Shown here piece after piece: positions 1-12,369 of a stretch of DNA of 64,000 nucleotides. Each line of letters begins with the position of its first letter. Within the stretch, counting starts at the first letter, position 1. Source of the stretch: Lingula anatina (Eukaryota; Animalia; Brachiopoda); assembly GCA_051362555.1 (NCBI GenBank), contig CM120640.1, forward strand, positions 35,669,967-35,733,966, in the 5' to 3' direction. A program made the position numbers and the translations under genes. The notes beneath the pieces were generated by a model that did not search any database, was not told the DNA's origin, and saw only the letters and a list, made by a program, of their open reading frames with translations.

Positions 1-14
1 CTGAGTGCACTTAC

Positions 15-26
15 GCTCACCGCCAT
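15..26 (-). CDS. Probable first coding exon (ATG GCG, or ATG GCG GTG AGC) of a neighbouring gene running off the left edge
   Basis: Minus strand reads caacaacATGGCG|gtgagc|gtaagt: a good start context followed by two in-frame GT donors. A TCTCGCGTGA-like motif lies at 67..76. No product can be assigned. Confidence 0.5.
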
Positions 27-459
27 GTTGTTTGGAATGTTAGCAACTCTCGTCAAGTACCTCTGTTCACGCGAGATCCAAGGACAAACAGCTGCTCTGT
101 ATGTCTGCACGGTTCCTGGAAAGGTTTAGCCTAAGATCTAATAAACGGAATATTAGATATGGTATATTAGATCTTATGTTAAGCGTTGACATAACTGGAA
201 ATAGTCATCACATTTGAAAATAAATTGCGTAGATATAAGACAAAGTCTACAACAAATAAGGGTATCATTTTGATAGTGTCATTTAGAGGAGACTTGAAGA
301 AGCAATAACAACAATGGCATGATATTTTAGATATTCATCTTACCCAATTTATCATGCAAATGGAAACCTATCACCCAGAGGAAGTCAAGGGGAATCTATA
401 TGAATACACTGCACAGAACTCAGACACGAAGCCAGTTTTTATCGATTCATTGTTTGGCG

Positions 460-461
460 TT

Positions 462-511
<50 letters not shown>
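460..511. repeat. (TTTA)n microsatellite
   Basis: About 13 tandem TTTA units. Confidence 0.95.
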
Positions 512-513
<2 letters not shown>

Positions 514-1859
514 TGCAAAAAAAGGGATTTTATTGATTTCTTAAGGCCTATTTAGGTCAACAGGATTTTCTTAAAGTGATGATACGCTGACAACGGTCAC
601 ACGTAATTCAAAAAGATAAAAAAATTATGTAAGCCCAGCTCGTTTAGGAAAAATACATGGAAAGTTAAGCAGCACGTTGAAATCACTAAGCAGATAAAGA
701 GAAAACCATATCAGTTTTAAGTATTTTACTTCACTATTGCCTACAATGCATTCCCCTTTTCATATGAGTTATTCTCTCTTTTGGAGACACAATACAAACT
801 GGCAGTTTTAGAAATCTGAAGGAACCTGTCGTTTGAGGAATTGTTCGCGTTTACGCTGGGTGCTTTCTGTTATAAAAAGGCATTATTCATAAATATTGAT
901 GTAAATTTCCCTGTTGTTTTTTAGAAATAAAGGCCAATTTTATCAATATTGAGGGGGTTTTGGTGGAAGAAGGCGCATCAAAACACGCGTGTAGTCTAGC
1001 TTTACTTCAGCTTCAGTGTTTCGAAGCTTGATTGCACCCGAAGCTCTGCAACTCTTCTGTAACCCTAGAGTTAAAGCGTTGATTGCATTAATAATAACTG
1101 GTGGCTGGGATAACAGGAACAGCGGCGACTTCCTATTCGTTTGAAAAATATCACGACATGTTTCGTGCTATCGAAACAGAGGAGGCAATTACATTGACTG
1201 CATTTTTATTCCCATAAATACATGTGCTTACCCTTGGCTATAGTTCAATTGCGTTTTAAGAAGTGGCGAAATCCGTCAGATTTGTATTGGGTTTGATAAA
1301 ACAAGGGAGAAATTATGTACTAGTTTAGCCGATAATATCGATATTTTGTTCCCCTTTTCTTTCAGTACAGAAGGCAGTTGCCTCATGGATAATTACAGCG
1401 ATCACAACTTTTACAAAAAAAAAAAAAAAAAAAAGCTCTCATAAAAGAAAGGTTTCAACTGATAGGTGTTCAATTACTATAATAATTTCCTTTATTTTAT
1501 TTACTTTAAAACGAAGGTTACATGATATATTTCTTAACTGTGTACTTATTTCATTGTAGTTCAGTGTTTTGTAATATAGCCCATTGTCATATTCTTATGT
1601 ACATGTAGATTCGTATGCATATATGCACATTTTCGGCTGTACACGCTGACGCATTTGATACTGCGGTTCAATAAAATTTTATTCTAAATATTATGTTCTT
1701 TACTGATGCTGTGGGAACACTACGATCTTTGAGTTAGGGCTATGGGAATTTCAGCAAAACAAATATGTGGATTCATTACGTACGATACTTATAAGAAAAT
1801 CCGAGCAGTAATTGATCGTTAAGTATGACATGAGTGTTTTTTCTAATTGAAATGTGGTC

Positions 1860-1860
<1 letters not shown>

Positions 1861-1904
<44 letters not shown>

Positions 1905-1920
1905 TACTATTATTATTATT
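1861..1920. repeat. (ATA)n then (TAT)n microsatellite
   Basis: Seen directly; explains the poly-Ile ORF 1834..2103. Confidence 0.9.
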
Positions 1921-3125
1921 TTCCTTCAGGTGCCTGAATTAAGCATCCACCGCCCGCATGCCGTTCTTTATTTTTTGCTCTCATCTTGTGACATCTATGT
2001 ACGTGATCGTGACTGTTTACTCCTAAGACATGTAGAGATGTCCCTATTTGCCCCTCCGCCCTCTTTCTTACATTGTAAGACCGTACTGAAAGATCATACA
2101 TAAACTGAGATAGTCAAATTACAAAAACCTGACCTCTACTATCCAGCCGTAGCTTGGCTGTTTATTGTAAGAAGGAAATTTTCCCGACGTTGTTTACCGA
2201 TTAATTGATTAGAAATCAGAATATCCACTTAACCTTCTCACTGCATTTCTCCAATGAGAATGTTAGATTTCTTCTTCGCTTATCAAACTCATTTTGTAAG
2301 CATTTAGGCTGTACTAACAAAATATATTGACAGTGCAAAATTATCGCAAGCGATATCGATTTTTGGGAATATAGGATATTGCGAACATGCTCCCGGAAAC
2401 ATGCCAGTTGCCTGGCACGAAAGCCATATATCATGACAATGGCTGTACAGGTGTATTTGAAGATGTGTTTTCTCTTGGTATCAGCTGGCGATTTTCGAAT
2501 GATAATAAAAATAATAAAATATCTCGATATCGAAAATAAATTAATATCTGTGAAAAAAAAGAGAAAAAGACCGACTAACCTTTGGGCAAATGTTTAGGAT
2601 GTCTAACTGCTTGTGGTATCGAGCAATTTACACAATAACCGTAAATATGTCATATTGGTTCTTTTACTTCAAAGCATTAAAACAGATAAAAGTGGGAGGA
2701 TAGCCATCTAGAGCCTCTTAAACCAAAAAAAAAAACGTTTTTACACTGACTCTAGGAAGTGGTCAGTTTTATTGCAATCAAGTGTATGAATTGACCCTAA
2801 AGAATCACTACGGTAGTTGTTGTTTCAACAAAAGTTGCTGACATGCTGTCACAAGTCTTTGGGTATAGCTTGGACTGTTATGGATGGCCAACTACGTTAA
2901 GTTCACTACGACTGGTTTTAGGCTAGGGCTAAGTATATGTATATCAAATTTCAGACCCTCCAATTCCCCTTTCTCTGTTTTAAAATATATTCATACCACA
3001 ACCACATGCGTGTGCGTCTCAGGGATAAATAGTTTAACAACTTTTTTCCACGAAAGCAATTAATAAGTACAAAAGAAAGCAATAAATAAGAATACTGTTT
3101 ACTGTAACAACATTATCACAGAGAC

Positions 3126-3131
3126 TTTATT
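3126..3131 (-). terminator. Candidate AATAAA polyadenylation signal of the GPCR
   Basis: TTTATT on the plus strand about 600 nt past the stop, followed on the minus strand by U/GU-rich sequence. Confidence 0.45.
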
Positions 3132-3405
3132 GTACGATACCCAATAATAGTTCTATTATGCAAAAAGATAATAATCAGGATACATGAACTTGACATATTT
3201 AAGTGCCTTTCCTCAACAAGCAATGTTATCGGAAAGTTTAAAAGTCATAAATGAATTATATCGATATGCAGTCAATTTATTGCCTGAATATCCCTAGGCA
3301 CCAAGTGATAATAGGATTGTTAGAAAATTCTCACGTATACCCAGGTGTAGCTGTGAGGGATTTGGGTGTTTTCATTGTTTAATCCAACCCGCGTTACTCT
3401 TTCAT

Positions 3406-3659
3406 AAAGATACTACTGAAGTCCGAGATCACTAACAACACCGTATGCACCTTGTAACACAAATATCAAAACGATTAAATAAAACAGAGCAAAAGAAACG
3501 AGAGACGAGAACCAAATAATATATACATGTGTAAAGATATTACTGAAGTCCAAGATCACTAACACACCGTAGGCACCTTGTAACACAAATATCAAAACGA
3601 TTAAATAAAACATAGCAAAAGAAACGAGAGATGAGAACCACATAATATATACATGTGTA
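3406..3659. repeat. Two-copy tandem duplication of about 127 bp in the GPCR 3' region
   Basis: tactgaagtcc(g/a)agatcactaac...aatatatacatgtgta occurs twice with few mismatches. Confidence 0.9.
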
Positions 3660-3738
3660 CTGTATATAAGAAGGTATATAAATGTATTATAAGAAAGTAA
3701 TCTGCACAACATCTTGGATAACTAACGTACTAAAACTT

Positions 3739-5319
3739 TTAATATTGTCTTACGTGAACACAACATGCTGTGTTTTCCAAAAGTCTATTCAGACATTTGC
3801 GGACCCTTTTACTGAATATGAGATACCAAATTGGATATGCTGGGGCATTGACAAAAAATAACAATTTGCAAACCATTGTAACATAAACTCTTGTGGCCAT
3901 TTCGGTATTATCTAAAACACCGGGTATTGAACAAACAAACAATGAGGAGGAACAGAAAACAAACATAGACAGCATAACAATGCTGTTCTTGGCGGCAAAA
4001 TATAAACTGTTCGTATCTCGGCGCAAAGACTGCTTACGAAGGGCGGCTTTGTTTTTCATGCACTGATACCGGTGTAATTCCGCTCCCAAAGAAATGTCAG
4101 TAAATCCCGCCGCAGAGGTTCCAGATCTAATGGACGCGTTGCTGGCATTGCTCGTTGTGAATTTCAGTTCCCGTTTCTTTTGAGAAGCATTGGGTGGATC
4201 CATTGCAAGAGCCCGTATGGGATTCTCGAGGATGGAACTCTCGTCAAATGGAAAAGAGTGGTTCCTCTTTTCGAAATGCACGATGACCGAACTGTCGTCA
4301 TTTTCCGCGGGGCATAGGGGGTCATTCGAAATTACGTAAGGCCGTGTCCAATTGCTGGACCTTACATAATAAACCTTTGGAGAAGAGTTAAGCTGGGGGT
4401 GGTCCTTCATAGTAATGCTTCCATTGCAGGTGGCGTCGGACCCTGACGAATTGCGTCTCCAAGGGGAAACCTTGTTGTTGCTCAAAGGCTTTGCGATTTG
4501 CAAAGTGCGAAATATACGGTAATAGCACCTAACCATTACAAATATGCCAACCAAGAAGGTCACCAAAATGGCACTGAAAATGACGCTGTCCAGGAACCCT
4601 GACTTGTAGGGCGTAGGCTTTGCAGGAAAAACCCGTTTGAACGGATTCAAAGCCAAGGCAATATCTTCACCATTAAAGGCCAGTACAGAGCTTAGGCTCA
4701 AAAGAGCACTAACCACCCAAGAAATCAAGATGGAACGTTTCACTACCACCTTTCGAAAGGCAATGGACATTGTGGGTTTCCTTATCGTTCTGTTTCTGTA
4801 ATACGCAATGCTTGCAAAACATGACCAATATTGAAGAAAGCAGTTGATGGTCAAAAATAGCTGTAAGCCATCCAGAATATATTCCAATGTGCGGTAAAGC
4901 TTAACATTTGGTCCTGTGGTCGTAAGGGTTATCAATCCGGCAATCATTGCAAGGCCTAGAAACATGTTATTTGCACAAATATTCACCAGATGAGCATTTG
5001 GCGGGGTCCGCAAGCTTGGGGAGAAACGAATGGTAGCTATCAGAAACAAATTAGCCAGTAAAGACAATAAAATAATCGCCGAAAGAACAAATAAACACAC
5101 CCCAAATGCCTCGTCTGGTATCACCATAATGGCTGTACCTGTCTTTGAAAAATTGCTTTCAGCCTCCGACAGGAGGTCATTTTCTTCTGATGTGTTCTGT
5201 ACGAATAACCAGAGGTCATGTCCGTCCTGTGTAACATTTTGGAAATATGAACCTTCAGGCATCACCGTATTGTTCTGATCTCCCTCGTGTGACGATGGTA
5301 TATTTGAAAGCACTGTCAT
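3739..5319 (-). CDS. Intronless class A (rhodopsin-like) orphan GPCR, 526 aa, possibly GPR75-like
   Basis: Seven hydrophobic segments; N-terminal sequons (NNT, NVT, NTS, NFS); TM1 LANLFL; ICL1 LRTPPNAHLVNI; TM3 end SIAYYRN in place of DRY; TM4 Trp; TM7 NAPAYPIWY; helix 8 FSKRVRK; long third intracellular loop. GPR75 resemblance is from memory, not a search. Confidence 0.9.
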   Translation of the reverse strand: MTVLSNIPSSHEGDQNNTVMPEGSYFQNVTQDGHDLWLFVQNTSEENDLLSEAESNFSKTGTAIMVIPDEAFGVCLFVLSAIILLSLLANLFLIATIRFSPSLRTPPNAHLVNICANNMFLGLAMIAGLITLTTTGPNVKLYRTLEYILDGLQLFLTINCFLQYWSCFASIAYYRNRTIRKPTMSIAFRKVVVKRSILISWVVSALLSLSSVLAFNGEDIALALNPFKRVFPAKPTPYKSGFLDSVIFSAILVTFLVGIFVMVRCYYRIFRTLQIAKPLSNNKVSPWRRNSSGSDATCNGSITMKDHPQLNSSPKVYYVRSSNWTRPYVISNDPLCPAENDDSSVIVHFEKRNHSFPFDESSILENPIRALAMDPPNASQKKRELKFTTSNASNASIRSGTSAAGFTDISLGAELHRYQCMKNKAALRKQSLRRDTNSLYFAAKNSIVMLSMFVFCSSSLFVCSIPGVLDNTEMATRVYVTMVCKLLFFVNAPAYPIWYLIFSKRVRKCLNRLLENTACCVHVRQY

Positions 5320-7599
5320 GATTACCTGCGATCTGCTTCAAAATATGTCTTCGCGTCGCGCCACCACAATACAGCGTTGACAAACGCATTTATATTGTCC
5401 ACAACAACCGAAGCCTTCACGAGTAATAATCTACCTCTGCGAAGTCATTAATCTTTGAAACAGGTTGGTAATGTCTGAGAGTTGGGTGGCCTTTGACAAG
5501 CCTACGTTCATCGTGATGTATTCATGTAGGCAGGTGGCGTTGTGAATACGAACTGTCATTGGCGATTGTCTTTATGCTATCCCCGGCGCTGTCTCATAAT
5601 TATGGCGCTGCTTATCAAGTACGTTTATATATTGACAGCTGCGCGCTGTTAACATGTCTCCAATATTAATATAAATCACGGTAATGGTGATTGGTTTCCA
5701 TGCCATTCTATATATTATGCGTTCCATGAACGAACTGTTCTCATTATACTACAATGTTTTGTTTGGTACATAATCAGCCACATAATCTGGAAATCTTGCA
5801 AATTATGATATAAGCCTATTTTTCAAGGCTGTAATCCGCGCGCCACTGCTATATCTTTAACAGCACGTCGTAATACCGGTATTTTATGCACCAAAGGTGT
5901 TTATGCCAAAATATGTATTTTCCTTTTTTCACTCTATTTTATCCATTTATCTTTTTGGAAAAGGGGAAAGCATAACGACTGCCCATAGCGTTTAACGATG
6001 TATTGAAAAAACGAGTGCAAATCCAAACCTTCTTCCTTAGTTCTCAGTGTAGATTTTGGCAATCAGTGTCGAAAACTCCATACATACAGCGGTCCACCTC
6101 TGTTCAGATAAAACCCATTCAATCAACTGAAACAATACTGTCAGTAATATTTTTTTTCAAGCAAGTGCATATTTTTATAGTAATTAATTTTCAGACGCCT
6201 CACTTTTTCTAATATTTTTCTTTAAAGGGTTGAACATTTCGGACAAGCACAAAAATGTACTTTCGGAGACGAACCCAAATGCCTTTTCAAAAAAATCTGA
6301 ATCTTTATTTTTAACAAAAAAATATATGGAGGATAATTGATATATGCTGTTCGAATATCTTGCGTAATTACCGCATAGACTTTGTTACAAATACAAGGTG
6401 TTTTTCAAAATACTATAACATTATAAAGTAATACTGTCTAAGGTCGGAACTGCGTTCTCCTCTTACCATTTAATTGCTTTCATTGATTTTCTACCCGACT
6501 GCTGCTATAATCTGAACCCCTTGTCGCTTAACAGAAAGGTGTCATCTACTAACGGTGCCTTGTTCAATATCATAATTTATGTCTTTAAGAAACTAATTTG
6601 GGTCGATTATTTCGTATCGCTTTAGAGAAAGCCTTTAACGTAAACGTCGCCTTCTCCTCTTCATTATATTCAGTGTTATGCTTTATTCTTATATCAAATA
6701 CCAGAAATTTACAACACCATGTCGTTTCTTTTTAAGCGCAGGTTATCCTGTCAAGTGCAGAGAAGTAATGCTAGAAAAAAAATTCCAGTAGAAGTTTTAG
6801 ATCTTCTTCATTTATCATATTCATTTTAAGTTTCCTTTTCAACTTCAAATATTGTGGTATAGATTGGAAAAAAATGAAGTGTTTGAGAACACGAAAATAC
6901 TATTTGAATTCATAACATTCATGTCACCTGTTGCGTGATTCATTCTTTTTTTCGTGTGTGGGTGTATTTAGTTCTTGTGAGATATACAAACAAAATCGAT
7001 AAAAGACCATTTTCCAACGTTATCCTTGAAAGGGAGTCTAGTCTCACTTGTTATTGCTGACTACATTAATTGAGAACAGTTTGTAAGTGAACTTATATTA
7101 TGATGAATTAAATATAGGCCTACAAAGAACATTCATGCTTCCTTTATTTTTTAGGATTCACCTATTGATCCGCAGTACACTTTTTTCTTATATACATACA
7201 TTCCTAAAACATAAAATACAACACCAATATGGTACTACATGTAACTGCCTACAACGACCCTGTTGCTCATATTAGCCAGTTGAAGGTTAATCTACCTACT
7301 GAGTAGAATAACACACAAACTTATCAGGTTAAATAAAGCAATCCATGGATAAAGTTACACGTTTGTGCTTATTGTGATCATGAAAAAAGCACGATCAGCA
7401 ACCTGGGAATTATGAACTGAAGGAATATGGCTTACTAAAGCCTTTTTATATCAAACCTGCACGGCTATTAAGGGGCTCTTGTTACAACCTGCCAAGGTGT
7501 TAATTTGCTTCTTCTGCGTCATTCAAAAAGATGAAAATATCATTACAAATTCAACAAGGAGTGCACGATTACGGGAATAGTTGATGTATTCATTTTGCC

Positions 7600-7600
<1 letters not shown>

Positions 7601-7636
<36 letters not shown>
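7601..7636. repeat. (ATA)n microsatellite
   Basis: About 12 units. Confidence 0.9.
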
Positions 7637-9592
7637 TGAAATTCCATTAGGGATGGACTTCGGCTTGGTAATTGAAATTTATATATACTTCTAAGATTTA
7701 AAAAATCTGTAGAGAAATTACGACAAACGATTAAAAAGAAGGTAAAAGGTAGAAGAATATTGTACCAGAAAGCGACTGAACTCAAGTTTATCTTGGCAAG
7801 TAAATTATACATGCACATGTGCACTCAAATAATGACTATAGAAGAAAAATACTGCGTATCTATGGGATTTTGTTGTTATTATCAAATTGGTTTTGAAAAT
7901 ACCGTGACTGTACAGCTGATTCTCACTAAGCTGCAAATCATAACACAAGATCTAACATGTACAACAACTGATTGCAGTTTTAATGAAAAATTATACTCAA
8001 CTATGCATTGCTGTATTAGTTAGGATATTACGTTAACAAATGTTTCATAGGGAGGGAGTAGAGAATGGTTTTTCTACTCCCAAATTGTGGGGGATCAGCC
8101 GTAGCCGCGGGATCCAGATTCTTACGGTATCGGGGTATGCTGCATCAAGAAGAAACTAGGTCTTAATTTTTTTCTCCTTTGATATAGTATATTGTCCGGA
8201 TTCATTGCAGTTCTGCAGAACTTTTCCCTATTTAGGATTTGGCTTGCATCATGTTGAGTTTTTAATACTTCTGCTTCAGAGGCCGCTCAAACCTAATTTT
8301 CTGTCTCTGCTATAACCCTAAATCCCTTCTGCCAACACAAAAAAACGAAGGGTGATAAGAACCCGGATGAAAGGTAAAGATGACCAAAACGAAATCTTAT
8401 GGTGTGGCGAAATCGAAGCTGTGTATGGAAGCTGATGTCTTGAGACTTAAACAGTAAAGCACTTCGTTTCTGGTTATATTGTGTTTTTTGGGGTTGTTGT
8501 TTTGTTGATTATTTATCGTGTTTGGGAAAAAATGTATTTTCCCCTTTGTGAAAGAGATGAGAGGTTTACTTCAAACATCTGGTGATTCACTTTAAGATAA
8601 TCCTTTTTGTTGTGCATGCTGTAATAATAGGCTGTAAGGGGGAGGGTGCTTAAGCCAAAGATTGTGATTATGGGTTTCAACTCGTCCTTTGTGCTTGTTT
8701 ATCTACTTTAAAAATCAATCAACTCAAAGAAAGTGAAAACTTTTAATCAAATGAAGACATTCACGGATGAGTTTAGAGCTTGCTGTAAACAAATATGTGC
8801 TGCACCAATAGGTAATTGAGTAGTAGTAATGGTAACTTGGCTTAAACAACTGTCTTTATTAAGTTAGTAGAAGTAATACACCTTGTAACTGGTATATCAT
8901 ACTCATTTAAAATTACCTTTATATTGTTATTTTCATCCACCCAAGCGGATGCATACGTTACAATTAATAAACTCACTTATTGCTAATTCACAAGTGAGTT
9001 TAAAGCTTGCTGTAAATAGATCTGTTTACACCCGATATTGTATTTTCACCTTTGAGAAAGTAATAGAGGAGCACTATTCCTACCTGGTCGATCACATTTT
9101 ATTACAGAGACTCTTAATTGCTTTGCAGACTAATGATACGAACTAAGAAAGCTGAGATAGAAGTCTCACCTTTCAGTCTGCAAGGCTTTGCGACCTTTAT
9201 GGAATTTTGTTATTTTGAAAAGTTTGCTATGGGTTTCAAACGCAATTTGCTAACCATTTAATATACGAATATAAGGTTTTCAGTGATTGTTAAGGAAGAT
9301 TTTAAAAAGTAAGAAGGCATCCTAGAAATTTTGTTTTAACCCGGGAGTGACAGCTTTATCCCTAAAATGCTGCTACTGCGTCACCCAGAGGGTAGTGGGG
9401 ACGGTTTATAGCAAATTTCGATCATTTTTCCAATCATGTGAGCCTGTGAGATTTGTCATGGTTCTGTGCTCGGTTTCATTAATTAAAGAAAAACTGAAGC
9501 AATATAAGCACACAAAAAAGAAAGCCTTACGACAAGGATGACAAAGGCTGCTTTTCACCCCCCCCCCCAAATAACAGGACGGGTCTTTTATT

Positions 9593-9800
9593 TAGGACAA
9601 TCACAGTATAGTGCTGTCACTTTTTTTAAATCTTTTAATGCATTTTTATGCATACCCATATTTTAGTTCACCCAACCGAACCTGAATATCCTTTCTATAG
9701 GACAATCACAGTAAAGTACTGTCACATTTTTATCTTTTAATGCATTTTATGCATACCCATCTTTTAATTCGGCCAACCGAACCTGAATATCCTTTCTATA
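9593..9800. repeat. Two-copy tandem duplication of about 105 bp
   Basis: taggacaatcacagta...aaccgaacctgaatatcctttcta occurs twice. Confidence 0.9.
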
Positions 9801-9999
9801 TTGGATATTACGTACTGCCCGGTGGAAAAAGCAATGTAACCACACAAAAAAGGTCCATGATAAAACTAAATGATAACTGATGGTGATTTTATGAACACTA
9901 CAACAACGCTATCAGCCCTCTCCCAATAAATACAATTGCTAAGCCCTTTTTTGAAGCAAAAACTACAAAGATCAGTGATAAAGGCTTGAAACTATTTGT

Positions 10000-10005
10000 T
10001 TTATT
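10000..10005 (-). terminator. Candidate polyA signal of the glutamate receptor (3' UTR about 2 kb)
   Basis: AATAAA on the minus strand with U-rich downstream sequence; other candidates exist closer to the stop. Confidence 0.3.
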
Positions 10006-12036
10006 TATATAATGATATGTCTGCCTCCGACAGACACCTTATATACAATGTTACACACATATTAAAAGGGAACAAACAGCATTATCACATGGCTATCTTG
10101 TCTGCCAGACCATTATATGAAAAGTAGGCCCCTGGGTGACTCTATAATAGATCCACTACCTTAATCACGCAATAAAAAACAATGTTGTCACCACAAATTT
10201 AATCAAATTTCACAGTTAATCATTGCCATATTGAAACAAATATAAAGACCCTATCTGGAAAATCTACAAAAGGACTGGTTTTGTTGACAAAAGTAAGGAC
10301 TTCCTTTAACTTCAAGACATACATACAATGTATATATTCAAAGAAAATCAAATTAGGGACAAACGATTTTTAAATCATTGGCTTATATCAGCGTAATATG
10401 AAAAACATAAAAAAAGATCTAAGGAACAGGCGATGTACGTACATAATAGCTTACCTTACACCGATGCACAATACCGATACCGATTCACACAGTGACATTA
10501 GAAAAATGAAAAAACAAAATTTGTTTGCACTAAAATGTTTAGAAAAGAAACTTTTCTCAATGGCTGTTCCTAAAAATTCATAAACGGTAGAGATAAAAGA
10601 AGAAAGTTTTAGGAAAAGGAAATGTTTATTCATGCTATCCAGTGTTTGTAAGTCAGTAACTATCAAAAGCAAAAAAGAAATATTTCAATTATCTCTCATA
10701 ACAAGTAAGGTCTATACATAATAAATATCTTAGTCAAAGAGAGGGTTCCTTGCAACGTTTAAAAGTGACAGCTTATGTACACCTACTAAAGTACGTTTAC
10801 AAAAGAAAAATATTGTGGACTCTAATTGTAAAAAATGGTTTTAATTCCTGTTCCAATTCCATATCAGTTAAATCTATATCCATTCTGTTCACTGAAATTG
10901 CTTAACATACAGCGTAACGTTGATTACATTTTAAAAACAGTTTTTCTTTTTTTTATTTTGGTTTTCTTTTCATTCATCTCCAGGTAAATTATAATTTAAA
11001 TCTCCAGAAACTTTCTGCACCAAATGTAGAAATTTTCATAATTGTTTCAGGGAAAATCTGCAGGTTAATATATATTCAGGGAAAATCTCAGGTTAAGATA
11101 TATAAAGGGCTCTCGTAGATTGGTAACTATAGTTACAGTTGCCCATAACTGCATTCTTCCACTTCCGGAAGGAGTTACTCAGGACTTAACACATTTTCAC
11201 TTTAAAACCAACAAGAGGGGATTTTGAGTTTTGGACGCTAAATCTACATTTAAAACAAGAGCATGCACAATAAATGTCGTAGCCCTTTTTATCATTGAAA
11301 GCAACTTCCTCGGAAATCTAGCTTCTGTTTCTTTTTTTATCACCCTGAATTTTAGAAATCCTGGGACCCACAGAGGCATGCTGATAGTACATGAAGAGAG
11401 GCGCCTTGTCCTCAGAAAATCAGGGTGTTTTTATGAGATTCATACAAACGATATGCTTCTTAATCTTGTCTAGTATTTGTTACATATCTTTTTTATCTGT
11501 TCAACGAACTTTTCAAACACAGATAATGTGTCTTTGTACAACACTTGTTATACATTTGTATCACACGAAATAAACAAAAACATCAGCATTTAATACACAC
11601 TGAAAAATGAACGGTCCTAAGCAAGGAAATTATTACTGATTTAACGTTAACATTACAACTTCTGACTCTGTGTTCAATTAACACTATTGTCAAGTCAAAT
11701 TAAAAAAAAAGATAAAAACGGACTGACTTGCCCCCTGCAATCACGATCGAATTATTTTTCAAAACTCAGATTTTCAGCAGCCTTTGTAACCCTTCAATGG
11801 CTAAACAAAACGTATCTCCATTGATTTTATTTGATACACTACTGGCATATTGAAACCATCCATATCCCACGCCCCAGCGGGTCGAGGAATTTTCAAAAGT
11901 AGTAACTGGAAGAGGTACATGTAAGTAACCGCAACCACGTGCTCTCAACCACATCCACGCATGGTAACATGGTAACCCAAGTGGTTCAACCAACCCATCC
12001 TGAAGAGGACTACACCAAATGCATCTCAAGTTAAAG

Positions 12037-12369
12037 CTACGTCAACTCGTGCCGTCTACAATCATGGTTCGTGTCGCTAGAATACCCTTCCCTGTCCGGA
12101 ACCGCTAAATACCCATCTCGAATTTCCCGCATTTGCAAGTGACCATTGGCGTCCGCGTCCGTGTAGCTTATACTTAAATGCGAGTTACGCCTGTGATCTC
12201 GGTGATCTCGATGGTCGCGATGGTTGCCGTTGGGCGAGTGGGTATGGGCAACAGTAGGGTGGCCAAGTTTGCAGACCGAACATGTCCTTCTCAGGGCCGG
12301 CCTCTTGTTAGACCCGTAACAGTTCACTGCAAATCTCAGTTCTTCGCCCATTTCCGAACATAATGATTG
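12037..12369 (-). CDS. GRIK-like: iGluR last exon (cytoplasmic tail)
   Basis: Acceptor ctcctcag; [17 protein letters not shown]...RRHELT stop. Confidence 0.88.
   Translation of the reverse strand, partial: QSLCSEMGEELRFAVNCYGSNKRPALRRTCSVCKLGHPTVAHTHSPNGNHRDHRDHRDHRRNSHLSISYTDADANGHLQMREIRDGYLAVPDREGYSSDTNHDCRRHELT

Noticed and set aside
354-2103. Hydrophobic short ORFs (FIYL repeats, poly-Ile)
   Set aside because: Translations of TTTA and ATA microsatellites.
3413-3712. 99-aa hydrophobic ORF with an internal repeat
   Set aside because: Produced by the tandem duplication in the GPCR 3' region; no family motif.
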